Source: the human T2T-CHM13v2.0 reference genome, Homo sapiens. Taken from it: a DNA stretch of 64,000 nt. The DNA lies in assembly GCF_009914755.1 (NCBI RefSeq), contig NC_060926.1. One strand, written 5' to 3'. The first letter of the stretch is position 1. Every line of letters starts with the position of its first letter. The notes beneath the pieces are model-generated. The model searched no databases. It was given only the letters and a program-made list of their open reading frames with translations, and had not been told where the DNA came from. Shown piece by piece: positions 15,041 through 27,613 of this stretch. Position numbers and translations under genes: made by a program.

Positions 15041-16290
15041 AAGAAATTTGTTTTAATAAAGGAGCCAAGGACACAAAATCTTTAAGGAAATAATAAAAAT
15101 TTGGAATATGTAAAATACGAGATTATTTACATGCAGCTCCACTAGAGACCAGAAGAATAAACAAATTATTCTTCACAGTCCTTTCTAGACATGTGACACT
15201 GAATACTAAAAACAGCTTAAATATTCAAGCTGTTGACCTTGTTCGTGTCTGAAATTCATGTGATCTATCTGTTCATTAGTTGCTTATCATCACGGGCTCA
15301 CTATCATGCCACACGCTGCCCCTTAATTGCAATGGAAAGATGAATGAATCTGTGATGAGTGAAAAGATTTTTATCAGCTAGAAGATTTTTTTTCCCACAT
15401 TAACGATGTTCCCAGGACTTCACTAGTTGGTTCTTATCTGTTCCCATCAAGGTCATAACTGCTCTGTGATGACCTGTGTGATTAGGAACTTGTTGATCAC
15501 CTACTGGGGGATAAAGGTGGCACAAAGTCAGGTGAGGATAAGAGCCTTCTCAACCCAATGTAAGGCCAAGAACACTTCTCCCAAGTCAAAAATGCGATAT
15601 TTCCAAAAGCTGAGTAATGAATTCTTGCGTAAGGTATAGCCAGATTTACCACTGTGCCCTTCAGTGGAAATACTCCTTTCCCAGGTTAGATCACGTATCC
15701 TCCTGAAAATTTACTTCTGATTGCAGCTATACCTCAAAAGTTGTGCACTCAAACCAAGGGTGGCCCACTCTTTTAAAAACCTGTTAAAGTAAAACCTCTT
15801 TAGATGGAGCACATACTGTCTGGTTCACTCCATCTCCATTCTAGCTTCCTAAGAGGTTGCATTGCCCACCTGACTCTTGTAGGCTTTTCCTACAGGAAAA
15901 ATCAGTGAAAGCACAGACCTAAGACCTGGGCCCTGAGGGGTGTCCCAAATGGACAGAGACAGCAGAGGCAGGGTTTACTTCCTAGATCTGAGACAGAGAA
16001 ATAGCAGCTTTAGAGATGGAAGGAGAAAATATGGTCCCAGAACCCAGTAGTGCTAAATGCAATGGAAACATTATCAAGAGGGAGGGCAAGTGAAGTTTGG
16101 TAGGAGAAAGTTTAGGAGTCCTCTAGAAGGTGAGGGACATAGTGAGAGCATGGACTACACTTGGAAGAAGTTTAGGAGTCCATAGATGAAAAAGAATTAA
16201 TAGGAGCTCAAGGGAAGCAGAATTGGTTAACAAAGAGGTGACATGGGAATGTTCACAGGTTAAGAAGGAGTCGGTGGAGGAAAAGACCTT

Positions 16291-16959
16291 TACGGTGACC
16301 AACTGTCCTAATGCCCATATTGGGGGTTTCCTGGGTCATGGGACTTTCAGTGCTTATGTCAGAGGCGTGTGAACCAGAGCAACTCCATGTTAAATAGGAG
16401 CTGGGTAAAATCAGGCTGAAACCTACTGGGCTACATTCCCAGACAGTTAAGGCATTCTAAGTCACAGGATGAGATAGGAGGTCAGCACAAAATACAGGTC
16501 ATAAAGACCTTGCTGATAAAACAGCTTGCAATAAAGGAGCCAGTCAAAACCCACCAAAACCAAGATGGCGACGAGAGTGACCTCTGGTTGTCTTCACTGC
16601 TACACTCCCACCAGTATCATGACAGTTTACAAATGCCATGGCAACATCAGTAAGTTGCCCTATATGTTCTAAAAATGGGAAGCATGAATAATTCACCCGT
16701 TGTTTAGCATATTATCAAAAAATAACTGTAAAAATGAGCAACCAGCAGCCCTAGGGCCTGCTCTGTCTATGGAGTAGCCATTCTTTTATTCCTTTACTTT
16801 CTTAATAAACTCGCTTTCACTTTGCACTGAAGACTTGCCCTGAGTTCTTTCTTGCATGAGATCCAAGAACCCTCTCTTGGGTTCTGGATGGGAAACCCTT
16901 TCCTGTAACACTTAGACCAGTAAAGTCCCAGGCAAACTGCAATGAGTGAGTCATCACTA
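16291..16959. mobile_element. MER81-like hAT MITE split by MER41A
   Basis: tacggtgaccaactgtcc...gggactttcagtgctta [LTR] gaccagtaaagtcccaggcaaact...gtcatcacta, with terminal inverted repeats. Confidence 0.7.
16357..16910 (+). mobile_element. MER41A solo LTR
   Basis: TGTCAGAGGCGTGTGAACCAGAGCAACTCCAT...TCCTGTAACA; TSD CTTA at 16353-16356 and 16911-16914; lacks the GAS-containing segment of MER41B. Confidence 0.9.
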
Positions 16960-17600
16960 CAAAACACAAAGGGGACAGGGAGAGGATGGAGTGAGATAAT
17001 TACAGGATCCTGGAGAAGGTTAACCTGGGAAAGGAAGACAGATATTTTTATATGCCAATTTTTATGACACTGAGAAGTAATATCTTGGCACACAAAGGAC
17101 AGATAGGTTTATAAATCACAGAAACACGCTCTCAGTAGCTCAATTAGCTTGGTGCAAGATTAAACTCTTGGTCTCTCTCTGCTGTGTAGAGCCTTCTGAT
17201 CACTGACCTTCAGCTGTCTGTCCTCCAGCTTAGGTCAGGCCATCACTCTGTTAGACCTCAGCCCTGACAAATACTTTGTAAAGCCAAGGCCACAGGCTGG
17301 TCTTCTGCTTTGGCTCAAAACACTTTCCCAAATGCTACAAAATCCCCTAAAGCCTACCCACAGAAATTCCCAGAACTTGCCTCTCCTCCAAGGTCCTCCC
17401 AAGCATCTTCTGACTGTGTTTCTTACTCTTCCTAACAGGTAACAGTGTTAGTACATTCATTACCACCAATTCACAGGTGGCTGCCAGCTCCTGACAATGC
17501 CCTTTTCTAAAACCTCAAGTCCTCAAGAGGGCTCCCCAGGGCCTTGGGAGGAAGCAGCCCGGTCTGCAGTATGTGCCATTGTGTGCCCCATCTTTCTCCC

Positions 17601-18156
17601 TGTTAGATATGAGTTCTAAGTTTCTTTTCAAAGAATCAATATGTCAGTATGTTCAATTCTTTGCCTTCTACTTTTAAACTTAACTTCCTCATAAAGCAAC
17701 CTTTTTCGATTACCTGCTCCACCCTGACTCATTCTGATTACCTGCTCCACCTGACTCATTCCGATTACCTGCTCCACCCTGACTCATTCCGATTACCTGC
17801 TCCACCTGACTCATTCTGATTACCTGCTCCACCTGACTCATTCCGATTACCTGCTCTGTCATAACCATTTTTCCTGCCAAACCACTCACCCTGTCACTCT
17901 CTTTAAATTAGCCAATCAGAATTATTTTAGCCTGTGCAGTCTAACCCTAACCAGTAGGGGAACGACACAGCAGCAGGGGCCACGTGTGTCAGGGATAAGA
18001 ACCCCTTCCCCTCCCTTGTCCAAGTGTGCACTCACCATTGCTCCATCTGTAAGGGTGCATCCTTCTATAGAAGTAACTTGCCTTGCTGAGAATTAAAAAG
18101 AGAATTTTGTATTCAAGTACAATTTCTTTTGTGGCATCAAAACTTTATTTATAACA
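17601..18156 (+). mobile_element. LTR10F (HERV-I family) solo LTR with internal VNTR
   Basis: TGTTAGATATGAGTTCTAA...TTTATAACA; TSD TCCC at 17597-17600 and 18157-18160. Confidence 0.88.
17708..17856 (+). promoter_or_regulatory. 27/28-bp tandem repeat carrying five AP-1 (TGACTCA) motifs
   Basis: Units start at 17708, 17736, 17763, 17791 and 17818, with a partial unit at 17845; TGACTCA at 17725, 17752, 17780, 17807 and 17834. The repeat is directly visible; the regulatory role is inferred. Confidence 0.85.
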
Positions 18157-18510
18157 TCCCCTCCCACCCAGCCACTTCCCAGTAGAGCTCACATTCTCAA
18201 ATCCCTTTGATGCCTCATCCTACCCAGCCTCCCCCCATCCTGGACCCACTTTTTGTAACAGTGATTTCTCAGGAGAAGTGCTGAGGCACACAATTTCTTT
18301 TTAGAACATCTTTTCTGAGTTTAGGAAATTCTCCAAACCTGGAAATGCCTCTCCCCTTTCAGTCAGGAGTTAGAAACGAAAAGGCATCTTGAAAAGATAA
18401 AATCAGAGGACCAGTGGATGGCTCCTGGCGCTGCTGCTATTAGCCCTGTGACTCTGAGTAGGTAACTTGAGAACTCTGAGTCTCCATCCCCTCATCTGTA
18501 AAACAGGCAT

Positions 18511-19602
18511 TGCTGTGATCTGAATGTTTGTGTCCCCCCAGAATTCATATGTTGAAACCTAATCACCAATGTGATGGTATTAGGAGGTGGGGCCTTTGGG
18601 AGGTGATTAGGCCATGAGGGTGGAGCCCTCACTAATGGGATTAGTGTTCTTATAACAGAGGCCCAGAGAGCTGCCTGGCCCCTTCCACCATGTGAGGACT
18701 ATCAACCAGGAAATGGGCCTTCACCAGGCACTGAATATGCCAGTGCCTTCTTCTTGGACTACCCAGTCTCCAGAAATGTGAGAAATAAATTTATGTTATT
18801 TATAAGCCATCTAGTCGATGGTATTTTGTTATAGCAACCCAAATGGACTATTGAGAGACAGGACTAGCTGGATTTCCTAGGCCGACTAAGAATTCCTAAG
18901 CCTAGCTGGGGAAGGGGACTGCACCCACCTTTAAATACGGGGCTTGTTACTCAGCTCACACCTGACCAGTCAGGTAGTAAAGAGAGCTCACTAAAATACC
19001 CATTAGGCTAAAAGCAGGAGGTAAAGAAATAGTCAACCATCTATCACCTGAGAGCACAGGGGGAGGGACAATGATCAGGATATAAACCCAGGCATTCGAA
19101 CCAGCGGTGGCAACCCCCTTTGGGTCCCCTCCCGTTGTATGGGAGCTCTGTTTTCACTCTATTAAATCTTGCAGCTGCACACTCTTCTGGTCCGTGTTTG
19201 TTCTGGCTCAAGCTGAGCTTTTGCTCACCGTCCACCACTGCTGATTGCCGCTGTCGCAGACCCGCCGCTAACTTCCACCCCTCCGGATCCAGCAGGGTGT
19301 ACGCTGCGCTTCTGATCAGCAAGGCGCCCATCCATTGCCGTTCCCTATCGGGCTAGAGGTTCGCTATTGTTCCTGCATGGCTAAGTGCCCGGGTTTGTCC
19401 TAATCAAGCTGAACACTAGTCACTGGGTTCCACGGTTCTCTTCCCTGACCCACGGCTTCTAATAGAGCTGTAATACTCACCGCATGGGCCAAGGTTCCAT
19501 TCCTTGGAATCCGTGAGGCCAAGAACCCCAGGTCAGAGAGCAAAAGGCTTGCCGCCATCTTGGGAGCTCTAAGAACAAAGACCCACTGGTAACACTATGA
19601 CA
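18511..19602 (+). mobile_element. MLT1A0 MaLR LTR, inserted in a MIR and interrupted at its 3' end by LTR17
   Basis: tgctgtgatctgaatgtttgtgtccccccagaattcatatgttgaaacctaatc...atagcaacccaaatggactat [LTR17] gaca; imperfect 5-bp TSD GGCAT/GGTAT. Confidence 0.85.
18852..19594 (+). mobile_element. HERV-W solo LTR (LTR17), full U3-R-U5
   Basis: TGAGAGACAGGACTAGCTGGATTTCCTAGGCCGACTAAGAAT...CTGGTAACA; TATA gatataaa ~19079; ATTAAA at 19161; TSD CTAT at 18848-18851 and 19595-19598. Confidence 0.93.
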
Positions 19603-19746
19603 GGTATATAACAGGTATATATAAGTGTTAGCCTACTTATCAAATTAGAAGGGATAAATAAAAACAGATTGTCAATTCTCAGGCCCATTCTAAGAATTCT
19701 TATGTCCATTCTATAAGTAAGTTAGCAGCACCAAAAGTAACAATGA

Positions 19747-20015
19747 GGTGGGGTGCAGTGGCTCACAACTAGCACTTTGGGAGGCCAAGGTGGGAGGACA
19801 GCTTGAGGCCAAGAGTTTGAGACTAGCCTGGACAACATAGCAAGATCCCGTCTCTATGAAATTTTTAAAAATAGCCAGGCATGGTGGTGCACACCTGCAT
19901 TTCCAGCTACACGGGAGGATGAAGTGAGAGGATTGTTTGAGCCCAGAAGTCTGAGGTTACAGTATGCTGTGGTCATGCCATTGCACTCCAGCCTGGGCAG
20001 CAGAGTGAGGCCCTG
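19747..20015 (+). mobile_element. AluJ, source of the local duplication
   Basis: Diverged Alu with AluJ-type features (gggaggacagcttgaggccaagagtttgagactagcctggacaacatagcaaga). Confidence 0.85.
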
Positions 20016-20803
20016 CAAGTTAACAATGAGTTAACATAAATATTTCTTGGATGGATGAATAAATGAATGAATGAATATGGGATTGCTCAGGTCAGTCAGA
20101 CCTGTGGAGAACCTTAATATCAGTCAGGGCTAACAATGTGGGTATAAAAATCAGGCCAAGAAGTCACAAGTTCAAGAGCCCATGGTGGTGGAAATTTGAA
20201 GTGACTCAGTCAGCAGGCATGAAGAGAGGCAAAGTGTCGGGGTACCAGGTATGAAGCACCAGCCATAGAGGAGGCTTGACAATGGAGAAAACACCATCGC
20301 CAGTGACAAACCTCTTGAATAGGAAGGAAAGGCCAGGGTGAAGGGGCATGGTAAGCATCCTAGAATCACATACACAGGGGTTGTTGGCACCAGAAGAGGA
20401 TACATGAACCATTTTGTCTGAAGATTCAAACTCAAATGGAAACAAGTGAAGTAGATGGCTCTAAGCCAACAAGCCACGCTGGACTGGTAGAACAGGAGAT
20501 CGCATGCCCTGGTAGATAAAGGCATTCAAAAATCAGCTACAGACAAAATCTTTTGCCAGCCAAATAAAATAAAGATGAAGAAACCGGTTCAGAAGTACAA
20601 GTGCCTGCCAGTTAATGACAGCCCTGTTATTGGAAGCTAGGTCTTCTGACTCCTAAGCAAGACATTGTCAAGACAATGAGGGAGGAAGCAGGGTTTGTGG
20701 AGGAGCCAGCTCCAACACAGATCGGCCCTTGAGCCTCAGAGGTGGGCCTCTGAGCACTTTCAGAACCAGCTTTGTTCTAATGCAGATTCCAAAGAAAGGA
20801 ATC

Positions 20804-21102
<299 letters not shown>

Positions 21103-22766
21103 AGGAATCTTATAAAAAGGAATGGGAGATGAAAGCCCAAAGTCGTGGAACCAACAGAAGGATGTAACTCCCAATAGGTAATTAGAAAGAGAGAGACAGA
21201 GAGAAAGAGAGAGACTAGCTCTCAGTGACACCCAACAATCAGTCCCTCAGCATTTTTGTGAAATTTGTCATCTCCGGTGTGGTGAACACTAGAAATAATC
21301 AGAAGACCACATGGGAACAGGAACAAGGAGGCCTAGCCACAGGACACTGCAGCCAACAGATCCCACACCTTCATCCTTTCATCCAGAATCTGTTTCTCAA
21401 GTGCCTGCTGTATTCCACGCACTCTGCCTGGTGTTGGGGACACAAAGGGGAGCAAAGCTGGCCTGGCCTGGGCCTCAGGGTCACTCAGAGTCTAACGAAA
21501 ACACATTTCCTCTGGGCTCCACCCTTTAGTCCTTATGTGACTTTGACCGGGTTGCTTAACTTCAGTGAGCTTCAGTTTCCACATCTGTGAGATGGAGAAA
21601 ATAATACCTGTAGGGAGAGAACATAACATGACCTACATAAAGTGTCTATCACAACAGCTTCTCCTCTATGTTCTATTACCTAGGATTTCACATAAAGTAA
21701 CACATTCTAAAGAATGAAGCTTTTCAAACCTGAAATGGAACATCTTAACTTCGCCTGAATTTGCTACTCCTTATTCCAGGACAAGACAAAAACAGGACCA
21801 TAACTTATGAGTGGAGACAATGAATATGTTATCAATAGAAATGTACATTTCAAGATAATGCAAATCCTGCTTCCCAGGGTCCAGCATATGCCTCCCTCTC
21901 TCACCCCGTGGGCCAAGGAAGGGCTGGCGCCATCTTGGACCATAAATCATTGCAGAACAGTTCCTGGAGGGCACAAACCCCCAGGGCAGAACCTTCCACA
22001 CAGCTAAAGAATTTCCTGCCAAAACAGATAAGAATTTCCTGTTTTGCTTTTCATTATTACTTTAAATAATCCCATTCAGAGTCTTGAAGGAGGATGGTGA
22101 GCAGCAGGGGCTGGAAGGAATGTCAACATCTTTTCTAGATTAACTCAGGATGATAGTAGTGGCTTTGGAAATGGCTAGTTGAGATCTGGTCAGAATACAC
22201 AAAATGACTGTTGGAAACTGAGTCCTCTCCAGAAGGAACAGTTGATGCCAGCCTAGTTATTCTACAGACCCTAAGCCTCAGGGGAGGGGGATTCCCATAC
22301 CCGTCCAGTGGAGACAGGTCCTTCAGTCACCCACAGCAGGGACTTGGAGTCAGAGCTGACTCCTCCTTTTGGCTCTTCTCCCTGTCTCTCAGAAGCCATC
22401 AGCCTCAGCATGGAGAATAGGAGACCCAAAAATGACCCTTTAGAGAGATGAACAGCTGATGAGCCCGGTCTCCTTTGTTTGGCACTGTACTTTACCCATG
22501 CCTTTGACCATGATTCTAGCCCAGAGTGTCCTCTTGCCATGGCCTTAGAGTTCAGGAGGGAGCACCACAGGCTCTCCATCTACTAGAGGGGCAGAGATAC
22601 CCTTTCCTTTCCCAAGAAGTCTCCCTTAGAAAAACGCATGCCAAGGCAGTTCCAGGCAACTCCCAAACAAATCACCCCTGCTCCTTTGGGATGCTAAGAC
22701 CACTGTGTGTATCTTTGCATGCTCAGAAAACACAGGCTGGACAACTCAAAGATCCTCTCATAGTCT

Positions 22767-23427
22767 TGTTCCTGAACTAAACTGAGGGTCAGGCTGCTTA
22801 TTCTAATAAGCTGCTTATTCATTATTTTTCTAATACTAACGAGATACACATGAACTGGGAGAAAAGGGAGTTTTTATTTCTGTAACTGGTTGTAGGAAGA
22901 AGGCCCAGAAATTCTCCCCAGACTAACTCAAAATTATAAAGTTTTCCAGAGCTTATATACCTTCTAAGTTATATGTCTAGGTGTAAGTGCGCATTCATCT
23001 AAAGACATAAGTGATTAAATTCTTTTAATATGTAACTGAGGTCTGAGTCTCGAAGACCTTTCTCTGGAGCCTCAGTAAATATACTTAATCTAAATAGGTC
23101 CAGGACTTGTCTCCTGCTAAATCATGGAGGTTTGGGGAGTTCCTTCAGACCCCCATAAATTTGTTTGTGGAGGCCTGGGGAGTTTCTTCAGACCCCCCAA
23201 AAAACTTGTCTAATTCTAAGAGGGCTCTGTTAAGAACTCCTTCATTATCTTGTCATCCTTCAAGGCCCAGGAAAGGCCTAGGCAAAATTCTTGGTGGGCT
23301 TTTGTTACATTCTAGCCTTTGTAATAGGGCACTGGCGCTTTCAGATTTTAATATTTAACTTAACCACTCAGTCAGTGCTGAAACAGTTGTTATGGAGGCC
23401 TGCCTTAGTGAGACCTGGCCTACCACA
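22767..23427 (-). mobile_element. MER39 solo LTR
   Basis: Reverse complement begins TGTGGTAGGCCAGGTCTCACTAAGGCAGGCCTCCATAACAACTGTTTCAGCACTGACTGAGTGG; TSD GTCT at 22763-22766 and 23428-23431. Confidence 0.85.
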
Positions 23428-24007
23428 GTCTCCCTAGTGGTTTTGGGGACGCTGGCTTGAATTTCATATCCAGAAGGACTGCTTCAACCCAACTACACAC
23501 TCCAGCAATCCATTCTCCTCTTCTCCACCCTCCCATGAAGAGAGGAGGGAATGAAGAAACTCAATGGTCACCTTTAGAACTCAGCACTCCTCCCCACACC
23601 CCTCATCTCAAACCAGCTCCCCATCCTGACTCCCTGCTTTCTGCAGATAGCACCCCTTTTTTCCAGGCATGCGGACTCAAATCTTCCAGCTTGTCTTCAT
23701 TCTTCCCTCCTCCTCTTTAGATACCATCAACTGGTCACCAAATTCAGGCCACATGTCAAAGGCACCAAGACCTGTGCTAGGTTCTTTCCCATGTAGTTAC
23801 TCTTGCATTTGTTCTATTTCCCCTGCTGCACCTGCCCTAAAATAAAGCATCAGGCCTTGAAGCCTTGTCACCTCTCCCCAAAGGATAGCAGTGGCCTCCT
23901 GGTCTGCATACTCCTTTGTACTCTCCTCACCTCATCTCTACAGCTGCTGGTGCCATCCCACACACTGCTTGATAAGCTCACAAACCAGCTCAGAAATTTC
24001 AGGGCCT

Positions 24008-24313
<306 letters not shown>

Positions 24314-25023
24314 TTCAGGGCCTAGCAAATGCAAATAAGCTAAACACCCCTTCAAGGCCTTTGATTGCCTTTAAGGCCCTGCATGACCTGGTGTCAGATG
24401 TCTCGCTTCTTATTCTCCCCTAGTGCACTTGTACTTCAGCGCATCTAGGCACTAGGCAGTTCCCCATTAAGTTTGCATTCTTGACGTTTGTGGCACTTCT
24501 GCTTCTGCTCCTGCCACCCCTTCTAGATTCAGTGTTTTCTGATCTCCACCTCTCAGAGTGGAGCCTTTATGAAGTCTTTCCATGAAGTTCACTGGGGCAA
24601 GTGTCTCCCACCACCCCCACCCCCACCCTCACTGATCCACATAGCTCTTTGCACCATATGGGAGGCAGGATTGTTGTCAATTATTTCTAGGGTCTTCTGG
24701 GTGCATGGTAGATGACCTCGTGACTTGCTTTGGTCAACAAAATATATGTGGAAGTGACACATGTCATTTCTGGCCAAAAGCTTTAAAGGCCAGTATACAC
24801 TTTATTATATTTTCTTCCGCATGAAATACATGATGGAAGCTGAGCTTCCATCAGCCTGGGTCCTGCCAACCCACAGGATCATAGGATGTGAATGAAAAAG
24901 AGGCCTTTGCCCTGTTGGCTGGAACTGCCATCTTCCAGTAATTTGCCAAAATAATGAACACAAAGGGAAAGAAGAGAGGCACCCGACACATGTTCTCTAG
25001 GTCTTTTAGAAAACAGAGCTGTT

Positions 25024-25321
<298 letters not shown>

Positions 25322-25876
25322 AGAAAACAGAGTTGTTCCTTTGGCCACATACAAGCAAATCTATAAGAAAGGCCATATTATAGACATCAAGGAAATGGGT
25401 ACTGTTCAGAAAGGAAGGCCCTACAAGTGTTACCATGGCAATACTGGAAGAACCTACAATGCCACCCAGCGTGTTGTTGGCATTATTATAAATAAACAAG
25501 TTAAGGCCAAGATTCTTGCCAAGAGAACCAATGTGCATATTGAGCACATTAAGCACTCTGAGAGCCAAGATAGCTTCTTGAAGCATGTGAAGAAAAATGG
25601 TCAGAAAAACAAGGAAGCCAAAGAGAAAGTTACCTGGATTCAGCTGAAGTGCCAGCCTGCTCCACTAGAGAAGCACACTTTGTGAGAACCAATGAGAAGG
25701 AGCCTGAGCTGCTAGAACCTCTTTCTTATGGATTCATGGCATAATAGGTGCAAAAAATTAAACCCCTCTGGACTGTAAAAATGTTTCTCTTCATTGAGTA
25801 GAAGCGTTGGTGTCCCCTCCCCCAAAGAAATGTTTAAAGCAAATTTTTATCGTGTCCTAATTCATTGTGTAATGTC

Positions 25877-26178
25877 TTTTTTTTTTTTTTTTTTTTTTTT
25901 TTTGAGTCAAGGTCTTGCTCTGTGACTCTGGCTGGGGTACAGTGGTGTGATCACGGCTTACTGCAGCCTCGACCTCCCATGTTCAAGTGATCCTCCTACT
26001 CAGCCTCCCTAGTTACTGGGACTGCAGGTGTGCACCATCATGCCTGGCTAAATTTTTATTTTTCTGTAGAGATGGGATCTCTCCACGTTGCCCAGGCTGA
26101 ACTCCTGAGCTCAAGTGATCTGCCAGCTTTGGCCTCCCAAAGTGTTGGCATTACAGGCATGAGCCATCGCATCTGGCC
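25877..26178 (-). mobile_element. AluJ inserted in the pseudogene 3' tail
   Basis: T27 tail; AluJ-type ctgcagcctcgacctcc...gatcctcct; TSD TAATGTCTTT. Confidence 0.9.
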
Positions 26179-26600
26179 TTATAATGTCTTTACTATTCAG
26201 ATTTAATGCTTTTCTTGCTGAAAGATGTAAGGTGGCTTATTATGCAACAAATTCCTCAATTGGTTAGAAAATGGCCAGATATTATTTATGAAATATTTCT
26301 ACTGATTTGAAGATAATCCTTCTAAATCATAAATAATTTACAAAAATAAAAAAAAAGATTTGCTTCTTAAGCCACTGAGATTTGGGGGTTCTTTGTTATC
26401 ACAGCAAAATCTAGCCTATCCTGACTATTGAAACATGAGACCAAAGAGACCATCTAGTCCCATCCCCTGTTTTACAGATGGGAAAACTGAGGCTTAAAGG
26501 AGGTGAAATGAAGTCCCCAAGGTCACATGGTAAGTAGCTGACCTAATTCTAGAATCAGGTTCTCCTAATATTCAGGCCCACACCTCTTTTATGACACCAT

Positions 26601-27331
26601 TGTAACTGCCCAATGGGTTCACCTTGCCCGCTGCCTAGATAGAGCTGATGTATCAAGAGAGGGGAATTACAATGGCAAAAGAGTAATTCATGCAGAGCCA
26701 GCTGGGCAGGAGACTGGATTTTTATTATTACTCAAATCAGTCTCCCTGAGTATTCGGGGATCAGAATTTTTAAAGATTATTTGGCTGGTATGGGCTCGGA
26801 AAGTGTGGAGTGCTGATTGGTCAGGCTTACGATAACATCATAGGGGGTCGAAGTGAGTTCTTCTTGCTGATTTCTGAATGGGATCACAGAGCTGGTTGAG
26901 CCAGATTACTGGTCTGGGTGGTGTCAGCTGATCCATCAAGTGCAGGATCTGCAAAATATCTCAAGCACTGATCTTAGGTTGTGATGTTTACCCCCAGAAG
27001 CAAGTTGGAGAGGTTCAGACTCCTGGAGCCAGAGGCTGCATGACCCCTAAATTGTAATTTCTAATCTTGTAGCTAATTTGTTAGTCCAGCAAAGACAAGA
27101 AGGGGGCCATTCTTGGGCCCGAGACAAGAAGGGGGTCTTTTTGGGAAAGGGCTGTTATCAATTTTGTTTCAGAGTCAAACTAATAACTGAATTCCTTCCC
27201 AAAGTTAGTTCGGCCTACATCCAGGAATGAACAAGGACAGCTTAAGGATGAGAAGCAAGATAGAGTCAGTTAGTTCTGATTTCTTTCACTGTCTTGATTT
27301 CCTCAGTTATAATTTTGCAAAGGGAGTTTCA
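26601..27331 (-). mobile_element. LTR8 solo LTR
   Basis: TGTAACTGCCCAATGGGTTCACCTTGCCCGCTGCCTAGA...TAATTTTGCAAAGGGAGTTTCA; TSD CCAT at 26597-26600 and 27332-27335. Confidence 0.88.
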
Positions 27332-27613
27332 CCATTCTGTAGGATTGTTGAGGCAAGAACCTAACTACAAGAGCCCCGGATCCTGGCCCTGCTTACCACT
27401 GCCGAGCTATGTGATCCTGAGTAAGTCACTCCTGCTCTCAGGTCTCAGTTTCCTCACTTCTATAAAACGAGAATGTGGGACAAAAATCTCTTCTAGGCTG
27501 TCTTGCTATGTACCCTTCTCTATGCATGATCTTCCCCCAGTACTCATTATGGTACCTTGCATACCAGGCACTCATGGTGTAGAGATGATCAACTAGCAGT
27601 CTGATAGGCACAC

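Noticed and set aside
16357-16910. MER41 as an interferon-gamma (STAT1) enhancer
   Set aside because: The segment with tandem TTCCnGGAA GAS sites found in MER41B is absent (aaaaatgggaagcatgaataa at ~16670), consistent with MER41A
17708-17856. CRISPR-like regular repeats
   Set aside because: Units are head-to-tail with no unique spacers, lie inside a human LTR10, and no cas genes are present
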